Source of the DNA: Candidatus Spyradenecus sp.
GTDB taxonomy: Bacteria; Verrucomicrobiota; Kiritimatiellia; RFP12; DVOR01
Reading direction: 5' to 3'
Length of the DNA: 64,000 nucleotides
Assembly: GCA_045605345.1 (NCBI GenBank)
Contig: JAZUPT010000019.1
Coordinates: forward strand, 64,603 to 128,602
Shown here: positions 30,222-38,384 of the stretch, in pieces
Numbering within the stretch: the first letter of the stretch is position 1
How the letters are laid out: each line of letters opens with the position of its first letter
Position numbers and translations under genes: made by a program
Notes under the pieces: generated by a model
What the model was told of the DNA's origin: nothing
Seen by the model: the letters and a program-made list of their open reading frames with translations, nothing else
The model's database searches: none

Positions 30222-30496
30222 CATCCCGACATTATCGTACCCACCCGGCCACTGCGCCGGGTGGAGCCTTTCGCTTTAAGTTCACTTAGAACAAGGTTTA
30301 TCGTGAACGCCCTGACACTGTGACTGGAGTCCCCTCTCACACATCACCCCACGATTATCGTACCCACTCGGCCACTGCGCTGGGTGGAATCTTTCGGCTT
30401 TAAATTCACTGGGAACTGGCGGACCTTATCTGCTTCCGCTCTCTGCTAGCGAGTCTCAATCGCCTTTCGGCTTTAAGTTCACTTGGATCTGTACCA
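30222..30496. repeat. Irregular repeat array of units ATTATCGTACCCACYCGGCCACTGCGCYGGGTGGA (an 8-bp stem hairpin) plus CTTTCGGCTTTAARTTCACT
   Basis: The hairpin-containing unit occurs twice (30236-30290 and 30354-30410). The CTTTCGGCTTTAAGTTCACT motif occurs three times (about 30264, 30394 and 30464). Confidence 0.6.
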
Positions 30497-30879
30497 TAAT
30501 TAAGCTATTGATTCCAAGGGGTTTATTTTGGTGATTTGAAGGGAAACAGGGGTTTTTGAGCATTTTCGTCTCCCTTCAGGAAGATTCTCTATGAGTACTC
30601 CTCAGTTGTCAGTGAGCGCTACGCGCAGGACTGCATGTTTTTTAACACAAGAACGCAAGGTCTTGTTCCGTCGCGCAACTCGGCGCGATGAAAAACCTTG
30701 CTTTGCAAGTTTTTTCCCGAGTATGCCGACGGAACGCTGATATCTTACGGAACGCTGATATCTTAAAGATGGTCTTCACAACAAAAGAGTGGTGCACCAC
30801 GCCTTTCCTTACCCCTCTCTTCTTACTCATCACTCATCCCTTCTCTCTTCTCCCTTCTCTCCCCTCGCCACTCCCCGTG

Positions 30880-31100
30880 AGCACCTGTAAGCACATCCGC
30901 AGGATGTGCAGCGTGCAGGACTCAGTCCTGCCGCGGGGTGTGGGGCTGCGCAAGCCCCACATCTCTCCTCTAATCTACTAATCCACAGCGAGCACCCGCT
31001 CGCGTAATCCACAGCACCGTCAGGTGCGGATATATGCGCCCGATCCCGTAGGGCTGGGAAATCCACAGGGCCGACAGGCCCCTGCGGCGCAGCCGCTCAG
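30880..31100. repeat. Array of roughly eight short GC-rich hairpins, three of them preceded by (T/A)AATCCACAG
   Basis: Hairpins at about 30891-30909 (GCACATCC/GGATGTGC), 30915-30931 (GCAGGAC/GTCCTGC), 30940-30960 (GTGGGGCT/AGCCCCAC), 30989-31001 (CGAGC/GCTCG), 31013-31026 (GCACC/GGTGC), 31066-31079 (GGGCC/GGCCC) and 31084-31096 (GCGGC/GCCGC). AATCCACAG occurs at 30980, 31005 and 31058. A CT-rich tract sits at 30841-30875. Confidence 0.6.
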
Positions 31101-31177
31101 AAAAATAGCCTTTTTGAAAAAGAAAAAGGGTTGTTTTGAAGAAGCGTTAGGGAAGCCTTCATTTTCAATAAGGGCGA

Positions 31178-31459
31178 TTTCATTTCTTCAATACTTTGTA
31201 CTATATTTGCCGTGCCGTAACTTATTCATTTACAATAACTTATTTTGAATATTTTAGGGTAGGCAATTTTAAGCTTAAAATCAGTACAATTTGTACTATT
31301 CATGCAAAATTTAAACAGTACAATTTTTTGGGGGCCAATTATTTAAAGAGGAAATTTCCTCTCGGGAAGAAATCTTAAACAGTACAATTTTTAGCCGGGG
31401 ACTTTTTAGACTTGTTTAGAAAATTCTAGAAAATAGTACGAAGGTCCGAAGAAGTGAAA
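31178..31459. mobile_element. MITE-like element, copy 2 (282 bp)
   Basis: Near-identical direct copy of 24278-24560. It is flanked on the right by TGTTACAAACTCAAATTCAGTTT, matching the left flank of copy 1. Confidence 0.6.
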
Positions 31460-32051
31460 TGTTACAAACTCAAATTCAGTTTCTAAGAAACTTAGAGTCA
31501 ATTTCGCCTCTTTTTGAGTTTTGGCTCAATGAAACCTCCTCCTAAAGTTTGCAGAATGGAGGAAATGTTTTGGCATATGCGGTGGAAAATAATCGCGCAC
31601 AGTTGAGGGGCTGATTGACCATTTTTATACCTTATATGATGGAACCGAAATTGCGATTTCCTCGCAATGGGGACGCGCGTGGGGGAATGGGAATCTGCCT
31701 CAATTCCTTGCACGAGCGCATGAGTTAGGCTATGTTTTTGAAGAAGTACCGCCTGCTTCAATGGGCGGTGTTGAATAAATCGTAGAGCGATTAGTTTGTT
31801 TCTGGGGACGCGTGGGGGCGAGGCTTCCACGCGTTTTATTTACGCAGTACTGGAGTCGTAATAAAACAGTGGTTATGCTCTATTGTGATTTTAAAGCGTA
31901 TAACGGCGCCGCGATGCACTATAAATAAGTGCCGTGGATGCCGTTGGATGTGTTATCTCCGTGCTCCCGTTAGAGGGGGAGGTCGAAATCGGAGGTGTCA
32001 ATTAGTGTTAAACCTTGAGGTAGCACTAATGGCCCCTTGGATGAAACAGTC

Positions 32052-32732
32052 TTACTTGAAGAGGGTGCGTTGCGCAGGGATGTACTTGCGTGACGGGTAG
32101 GTGGTTTGTTTACGAATCAAGTTTAAATCATTGGGCGTGAGGGGGACTCGTTTAAACTTGGGGTTTTCGTAAAAAATGGTTGCGGCGGGGAAGAGGTCGC
32201 CAAATGCGGCATTCGCATGTGTGATGGTGCCATCCTTCTCGAAGGTAAAGGCTTGGTAGACCCAATGATTGTGTTGGCTCTTTTCGAAGTCATTAAAGAA
32301 GGTGGAGTGTAAGAGGTAAATTTTTCCATTCACTTGCACCAAGTCGGTGAGTTTAATGTTGTAGCCTTCAACGACTGTCTCAATGCGTCCTTGTTTGCCG
32401 CCAGAAAGAATGAAATGCGCACTGTATCCGTCAGCATTTAATCCACATCCCATCCAGGGCAAAAGAAAGACATAGTCGTCCACTTCGTCGCCATTGAGGT
32501 CAAGCATCCCGCCTTCGCAATACTGCGCGCTATCAATGTATGTAATTGTTTCACACTCTAACAAACTTAAAAAAGCGGCGATCGTTTCGCTTGAAAAGGT
32601 GGTCATTTCTACAGGGGTGGCCTTCACCTTTGGCGCCCAAGGGGTCTTCCACGCAAAGAGTGTGGTCATACAGCCCATGGCTAAAAATACTGCACTTGCA
32701 CAAATAAAACGTAAAAACGACTGTTGCATCAC
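32052..32732 (-). CDS. Hypothetical secreted protein of 226 aa
   Basis: Signal peptide (AVFLAMGCMTTLFA); no recognisable motif. Confidence 0.45.
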   Translation of the reverse strand: MMQQSFLRFICASAVFLAMGCMTTLFAWKTPWAPKVKATPVEMTTFSSETIAAFLSLLECETITYIDSAQYCEGGMLDLNGDEVDDYVFLLPWMGCGLNADGYSAHFILSGGKQGRIETVVEGYNIKLTDLVQVNGKIYLLHSTFFNDFEKSQHNHWVYQAFTFEKDGTITHANAAFGDLFPAATIFYENPKFKRVPLTPNDLNLIRKQTTYPSRKYIPAQRTLFK

Positions 32733-33021
32733 TGTAACCTCCCTTTCAAATCGTTGCTATCATAACATAAAACGTAAGATAAGAGGTGCTTCGTAAGGGG
32801 TGGTTTGCGCTAAAAAAGAGGAGCTAAAGCAATGAAGCGTTGTGGTAAAAGGGTAGGACGACTCATAGAGGGGGTAAATCTGTGTGCGCGAAATGAGGGG
32901 GAAACGTTGTAAAAAGGGTAGTGCGACCCCGTGGTTTTTCTTGATGAAATACGAAAAGTGTTGCGGAAAAGGCGTTTTGTAGGGTATAATACCTTCACCA
33001 TTTAACACTAAGGAGAAAACA

Positions 33022-33735
33022 ATGAGTTGTCCCTACGCTTGCTCGAGCGAAGTCGAGCACATGACAATGGTCGCTAAAGGCGCCAAGCATGGCCCCGCAC
33101 CTATCCCAGAAGAAGGTAAGTGGGTCAAGGTTTATGAAACCAAGGATATCTCCGGCCTCACCCATGGTGTGGGTTGGTGCGCACCCCAGCAGGGCGCTTG
33201 CAAGCTCACGCTTAACGTCAAGGACGGCGTGATTCAGGAAGCTCTCGTCGAAACCATCGGTTGCTCGGGTATGACCCACTCTGCCGCTATGGCTGCAGAA
33301 GTGCTCCCTGGTAAGACCATTCAGGAAGCGTTGAACACCGATCTCGTGTGTGACGCTATCAACACCGCAATGCGCGAACTCTACCTCCAGATCGTCTACG
33401 GTCGTACGCAGAGCGCATTCTCTGAAGGCGGTCTCCCCATCGGCGCAGGTCTCGAAGACCTCGGCAAGGGCCTCCGTTCTCAGGTTGGTACCATGTACTC
33501 CACCGCTCAGAAGGGTGTTCGTTACCTCGAAATGGCTGAAGGCTATGTCCGCAAGATTTACCTCGACAAGAACGATGAAGTCTGCGGTTATGAATTCGTC
33601 CACATGGGCAAGTTCATGGAAGCCGTCAAGAAGGGCCAGGACGCTAACGAAGCGCTCGCTGCCTGCACCGGCACTTATGGTCGCGTGACCGAAGCTGACG
33701 GCGCTGTGAAGTCCATTGACCCCCGTCACGAATAA
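33022..33735 (+). CDS. NifU/IscU-like Fe-S scaffold N-terminal-domain protein, the usual partner of the GGGtGRT protein
   Basis: GCSGMTHSAAMAAEVLPGKTIQEALN resembles the IscU/NifU N-terminal cysteine-ligand segment. Strongly biased codon usage. Confidence 0.5.
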   Translation: MSCPYACSSEVEHMTMVAKGAKHGPAPIPEEGKWVKVYETKDISGLTHGVGWCAPQQGACKLTLNVKDGVIQEALVETIGCSGMTHSAAMAAEVLPGKTIQEALNTDLVCDAINTAMRELYLQIVYGRTQSAFSEGGLPIGAGLEDLGKGLRSQVGTMYSTAQKGVRYLEMAEGYVRKIYLDKNDEVCGYEFVHMGKFMEAVKKGQDANEALAACTGTYGRVTEADGAVKSIDPRHE

Positions 33736-33748
33736 GGAGGATACTACA

Positions 33749-34747
33749 ATGGCTTTGTTTGAATCTTACGAACGTCGTATCAACCAGATTATGCCCGTCC
33801 TCGAAAAGTATGGCATCAAGTCCATCGAGGAATGCCGCGAAATCTGCAAGGCTAAGGGTTTCGATCCTTACGAAATCGCTGAAAACATCCAGAAGATCTG
33901 CTTTGAAAACGCAAAGTGGGCTTATGTGGTTGGCGCCGCTATCGCAATCAAGAAGGGCTGCACCAAGGCCGCTGATGCTGCTGAAGCAATCGGCGAAGGC
34001 CTCCAGGCTTTCTGTATCCCCGGCTCCGTTGCTGACGACCGCAAGGTCGGTCTCGGCCATGGTAACCTCGGCGCAATGCTCCTCCGCGAAGAAACCAAGT
34101 GCTTCTGCTTCCTCGCAGGTCACGAATCCTTCGCTGCAGCTGAAGGCGCTATCGGTATCGCAATGAAGGCCAACAAGGTCCGTAAGGAACCCCTCAAGGT
34201 CTGCTTGAACGGTCTCGGTAAGGATGCTGCTTACATCATCTCTCGTATCAACGGCTTCACCTACGTTGAAACCGAATTCGACTACTTCACCGGCAAGCTC
34301 AACATCATCAAGGAAATTCCTTTCTCTGATGGTCCTCGCTCCAAGGTGCGTTGCTACGGTTCTGACGACGTTCGCGAAGGCGTGGCAGTGATGTGGCAGG
34401 AAGGTGTGGACGTCTCCATCACGGGTAACTCCACCAACCCCACCCGCTTCCAGCACCCCGTCGCAGGTACCTACAAGAAGGAATGCATCCTCGCTGGTAA
34501 GAAGTACTTCTCCGTCGCTTCCGGCGGTGGTACCGGCCGTACGCTTCACCCCGATAACATGGCCGCTGGTCCTGCTTCTTACGGCATGACCGACACCATG
34601 GGCCGCATGCACTCCGATGCGCAGTTCGCTGGTTCTTCCTCCGTTCCTGCACACGTCGAAATGATGGGCCTCATCGGTGCTGGCAACAACCCCATGGTCG
34701 GCATGACTGTGGCTGTTGCTGTGGCTATCGAAGAAGCCAGCAAGTAA
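33749..34747 (+). CDS. GGGtGRT-family protein
   Basis: Contains the eponymous motif SGGGTGRTLHP; RBS AAGGAGGA lies 8 nt upstream of ATG 33749; strongly biased codon usage. Confidence 0.75.
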   Translation: MALFESYERRINQIMPVLEKYGIKSIEECREICKAKGFDPYEIAENIQKICFENAKWAYVVGAAIAIKKGCTKAADAAEAIGEGLQAFCIPGSVADDRKVGLGHGNLGAMLLREETKCFCFLAGHESFAAAEGAIGIAMKANKVRKEPLKVCLNGLGKDAAYIISRINGFTYVETEFDYFTGKLNIIKEIPFSDGPRSKVRCYGSDDVREGVAVMWQEGVDVSITGNSTNPTRFQHPVAGTYKKECILAGKKYFSVASGGGTGRTLHPDNMAAGPASYGMTDTMGRMHSDAQFAGSSSVPAHVEMMGLIGAGNNPMVGMTVAVAVAIEEASK

Positions 34748-34767
34748 GTTTTCACTTACTACAGCTA

Positions 34768-34803
34768 ATAAAAGCCGTCTCCTTGTGGAGGCGGCTTTTT
34801 GTT
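34768..34803 (+). terminator. Rho-independent terminator after the GGGtGRT gene
   Basis: AAAGCCGTCTCC-TTGT-GGAGGCGGCTTT stem-loop followed by TTTGTTTC. Confidence 0.6.
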
Positions 34804-34994
34804 TCTTAGTGGGGCTAACTTAGGAGACCAGTCCAACAATGGACCTTTCAGAACAATTCATTCGTAGTGAACCTTTCAGAACAATTCATTCGTGCGAAGT
34901 GTACAGAATGAACCTACGCAGAACAAGCATCTATCCTAAGCGATGGCATCCGCTCACGCAAAGCCGTAACGCCACGCATTTAAATGGTGTTACT

Positions 34995-35145
34995 GCAGTT
35001 GATGGGGATGGCGCGGGGATAGAGCAGTTTCGGTCTGCGCTTGAGCCGACACTTAGAAGGTGGGGATGGCGCGGGGATAGAGCAGTGTCGGTCTGCGATT
35101 GAGCCGAATATTAGAAGATGGAGATGGCGCGGAGGATGTCGTTTA
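34995..35145. repeat. Tandem ~60-bp repeat (about 2.3 copies) overlapping the 3' end of dus
   Basis: TGGGGATGGCGCGGGGATAGAGCAGTTTCGGTCTGCGCTTGAGCCGACACTTAGAAGG repeated. The last partial copy encodes the Dus C-terminus (...RAISIF). Confidence 0.7.
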
Positions 35146-36073
35146 ATGAATGGAGATTCATGAGGTTGCCGCGAAGGGTGTTGGCGCCAGGGAGCCCTTT
35201 GAAGTAGCGGAAGAGGTGGCGGCGGAAGGTGAGCACGGTGGCTTCTTCGGGGGTGAGGCGTGAGAAGGCGCAGGCTTTTTCGCGGTAACGAAGTTCTAAG
35301 GCAAGGTGGGCCTCGGCAAGCGGACGGGGTGCAACGTGTTCAAAGTTAAAGACACTGGGTGTTTCTAATGCCGCACGTGCAATTAAAATTGCCTTCACAC
35401 CCGTAGCCGCCATTGCTTCCGCTGAGGCGCGATCAACCACAGAGCCATTCCCGAAGATGGGCAAGTGGGTGGCTTCAACGGCCGCCTTTAGTGTTTCCAA
35501 ATGGACGGTGCCGGCATGTCCTTGCGAGGTGTAGCGCGCGTGAAGGCTAACCGAGGTCGTGCCCGCCGCTTCCATGCGTTGTAAGACCTCCTGCCAAACG
35601 GGCACCTGTGGGTTGGGGCCGAGGCGTGTCTTTACACTGACAGGGAGATTGACCGCCTTTACGACCGATGAAATGATTGCTTCAAGACGCGGTAAATCCT
35701 TGAGGAGTGCAGAGCCCGCGCCTTGCGCGGTGATGCGTGGCACAGGGCACCCAGCATTAATATCAATGCCCTCAAAGCGCCCCATGTCCGCAACAATGTG
35801 TGCCGCCTCCGCCAATCGTACAGGGTCATGGCCGTAAAGGTGGGCCCACACATGACGCTCTTCGGGAAAGGTTTCCAACAAAAAGAGCGTCTTTGGAGAG
35901 CGTCGACAGATTCCCTCGGCATTGACCATTTCCGTGTAGGTGCGTTGTGCTCCATGTTGTTCGCACAAAATACGCATCGGTGGCGTGGTAAACTCCGCCA
36001 TTGGGGCAAGGTAAAGAGGAGGGAGGTCTGTCATTGTGATTGATTCACGCTTAACGCCGCTTAAGCCAACCAA
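35111..36073 (-). CDS. dus: tRNA-dihydrouridine synthase
   Basis: LAPMAEFTTPPMRILC ... GIDINAGCPVPRI ... SVKTRLG, the Dus family FMN-binding TIM barrel. Confidence 0.8.
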   Translation of the reverse strand: MVGLSGVKRESITMTDLPPLYLAPMAEFTTPPMRILCEQHGAQRTYTEMVNAEGICRRSPKTLFLLETFPEERHVWAHLYGHDPVRLAEAAHIVADMGRFEGIDINAGCPVPRITAQGAGSALLKDLPRLEAIISSVVKAVNLPVSVKTRLGPNPQVPVWQEVLQRMEAAGTTSVSLHARYTSQGHAGTVHLETLKAAVEATHLPIFGNGSVVDRASAEAMAATGVKAILIARAALETPSVFNFEHVAPRPLAEAHLALELRYREKACAFSRLTPEEATVLTFRRHLFRYFKGLPGANTLRGNLMNLHSLNDILRAISIF

Positions 36074-37349
36074 ATGTGGGCTTGGGCGGTTCTGCTTCAG
36101 GTGTGATGGGTTCTTCTACGCGATAGGGGGTGAAATTGCCCTGTGCGGTGAGACGTTCCAACTCTTCAATGCGCCGCAAGAGTTGCTCTTGAATGTGGGC
36201 ATTTTCGCGGTGTTCATCTTCACGAGCGGTGCGTTCACGTTCAAGCGAACGCGCTGTTTCGCGTAATTTTTCTTCCAATTGGAGGGCGTTGAGCGTTTGA
36301 CGTTCTGCCTGGCCAATCTGGGCGCGAAGCTGGGTTTCGCGGCCTTCATGAGCGACGAGCTGACGTTGGAGCGCGCTTTCACGATCACGTGCATCGGCGA
36401 TTGCCTTCTCCAATGTAGCGATGCGGTCAGCATCTTGCGGACGTTGAATGGAGCCCGGCAATCCACCGAGGCGTCCTCGCACGGCAGAGGCAATCATCTG
36501 TTCCGGATTATCACCTGCGATGCGGCGGATTTCAAAGAGACGTTCGGAGAGCTGTACCAACCGTTGACGCGAGAGTTCACGGAGGCGTTCAATGAAGTGT
36601 TCTTCTTCTTCTTGGCTTCGCTTTAAAAGTTCTACTTCACGTTGGAGAACGGCGAAGAGCTCATCTGCGGGGAGTGCGTCTGAGGTCGGCTTAGCCTGTT
36701 GCGCCGTTTCCAATGCCGTTTCAAGGGTGTGAATACGCTGACGAAGCATGCGTTCGCGTTCGGCGGCAGCCTCAGCCGCTTCGGCGGCGGAGGCGCGAAG
36801 ATGGTCACGTTCCGAGTGCAGTGCTTCGATTTCTGCGGTGAGTGCGGCGGGATCGGGGAGGGAATTCGTGATGAAGTCGGCTTGACGAAGTTCTGCTTCT
36901 TGGCGTAATTCATCAATGCGACGATCTTTTAGGCGCAGCTCTTTCTCAAGCAAGAGCAATTTACGTTGCGCCTCTTCCAATTCCTGCAAGTGATCATTTT
37001 GTGGCACTTCAATCGGAAGGGGCAACTCCATTGAGATGGGTTTTTCGCCAGGGTCTTGCGAGATGATTGCATCAAAGGGGAAGTGGCCCTCTTCAATGAA
37101 ACGGCGTGCGGCAGTTTGTGTGACTGGACCATACGGTGCGCGACCGGAGACAATGACATACCAACACATCTGTAGTTCGGGCAATGTTTCAGCAGGTGCC
37201 CACGTAATCCCATCCGAGGAGATGGCATAACCGGGCTTGATGATGCCACGTTCGGCCCACTCCACGAGCATTGCGGTGGGGATATTGTTATTGCTGATTT
37301 CCGCGCCAGGATTGCGCAAAGACCAACGGCGTGTATCGATTTCCGCCAT
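36051..37349 (-). CDS. DUF4339 (GYF-like) N-terminal domain plus a long coiled-coil protein
   Basis: N-terminal WAERGIIKPGYAISSDGITWAPAETLPEL, then extended heptad-rich E/R/L/Q sequence. Confidence 0.5.
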   Translation of the reverse strand: MAEIDTRRWSLRNPGAEISNNNIPTAMLVEWAERGIIKPGYAISSDGITWAPAETLPELQMCWYVIVSGRAPYGPVTQTAARRFIEEGHFPFDAIISQDPGEKPISMELPLPIEVPQNDHLQELEEAQRKLLLLEKELRLKDRRIDELRQEAELRQADFITNSLPDPAALTAEIEALHSERDHLRASAAEAAEAAAERERMLRQRIHTLETALETAQQAKPTSDALPADELFAVLQREVELLKRSQEEEEHFIERLRELSRQRLVQLSERLFEIRRIAGDNPEQMIASAVRGRLGGLPGSIQRPQDADRIATLEKAIADARDRESALQRQLVAHEGRETQLRAQIGQAERQTLNALQLEEKLRETARSLERERTAREDEHRENAHIQEQLLRRIEELERLTAQGNFTPYRVEEPITPEAEPPKPTFGWLKRR

Positions 37350-37351
37350 AC

Positions 37352-37612
37352 TTACTGCTCCGCACGGATGGATTCGATTACCTTCGCGGCGTCTTCACGT
37401 ACATTGAAGACTTCATCTTCGGCAACGATATTACGCAAAAGTGCCGCACGAAGGCGTTCCTTAGTGGCTTCAAGTTCTTCTTCTGCGGTCAATAAGCGGG
37501 CTTTGGCAATAATCAGTTCGCGTTCCCACTGCGCTTTTGTCACTGCGAGTGCTTCGGTGAGGCGCGCATTTTCCTCGCGCAACTGCTTGATTTCGTCTTC
37601 GTATGCCATAGT
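37352..37612 (-). CDS. Small coiled-coil protein, possibly ZapB-like; start taken at MAYEDEIK
   Basis: About 86 aa and entirely coiled-coil (EIKQLREENARLTEALAVTKAQWERELIIAKARLL). Confidence 0.4.
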   Translation of the reverse strand, partial: TMAYEDEIKQLREENARLTEALAVTKAQWERELIIAKARLLTAEEELEATKERLRAALLRNIVAEDEVFNVREDAAKVIESIRAEQ

Positions 37613-37646
37613 GTGTGCTTCCTTAATCTGACGGAATAAAATGGGG

Positions 37647-38384
37647 TTAAAGGTCGGTTTTGGTGCCGGCGGGTGCGGTGCGAATGTGCCCAATCTCTTG
37701 CAAGACTGCCGCAGAACTGTCATATTCGGCGGCCAATTCAAGCGCGGCATCCTTTTGCGTCATGTCGCCCAGCTCGTTGTAAAGCTTTGCTGCGGTGAGG
37801 GCGGCCTCTGCGTTGCGCGTCGTGGTCGCGCAACGTTTCGCCTCGGCGGCCGCCGCCTTGAGATTACCCGCGGTATAGAGTCCGCGAATGGCAAGCCGCC
37901 AACGTGCCACAGTGTCATCCCGCATTGCAGGGGAGTGTTGCTGCACCTTTGAACGCAGGAGATTGTAACGGGTGCGGTAGGCTTGCGGCCAATCGGTGGG
38001 ATCAAGATCGTAGAGCCAGTCTGCCGAGTAGGCTGTTTGAAGCGTCTCGGCCAAGGTTAATTCGGCATTGATGAGGTCGTCGCGTGACCAATCGTCGCGT
38101 TGTTCACCCCATGCCCGCAGGAGTCGACGTAATTCGCCTTGTTGCGTCCCTTCAGCCAGTGCAATTTGCAACTCAAGCGTGCGACGCCAAAGGTTGGACC
38201 GTGGCACATCGTGACGATCAGCACGGGCGATAAGGCGACGCGCTTGAGCGTGTTGGCCCGTCTCAAAGGCTTCAAACGCCTGACGCTTCAATTCAGCATC
38301 CGCTTTGACATTGGGCGTGGTAACGCATCCGCTCCATCCCAGAAGCGCAATCGTTAAGCTGACAAGGAGTGGGAATTTACTCAT
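37647..38384 (-). CDS. Helical/TPR-like lipoprotein
   Basis: Start ATGAGTAAATTCCCACTCC (MSKFPLLVSLTIALLGWSGC lipobox); 245 aa. The longer 404-aa ORF in the track is an upstream over-extension. Confidence 0.55.
   Translation of the reverse strand: MSKFPLLVSLTIALLGWSGCVTTPNVKADAELKRQAFEAFETGQHAQARRLIARADRHDVPRSNLWRRTLELQIALAEGTQQGELRRLLRAWGEQRDDWSRDDLINAELTLAETLQTAYSADWLYDLDPTDWPQAYRTRYNLLRSKVQQHSPAMRDDTVARWRLAIRGLYTAGNLKAAAAEAKRCATTTRNAEAALTAAKLYNELGDMTQKDAALELAAEYDSSAAVLQEIGHIRTAPAGTKTDL

Noticed and set aside
30222-31100. A possible CRISPR array.
   Set aside because: The repeats are irregularly spaced (130 bp, then 70 bp), the hairpin stems differ from one another, there is no constant repeat-spacer periodicity, and there are no cas genes in the window.
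32995-34654. Minus-strand ORFs of 244 and 336 aa.
   Set aside because: Antisense to the NifU-like and GGGtGRT genes. They are Gly/Val/Ala-rich artefacts of the strong codon bias on the plus strand.
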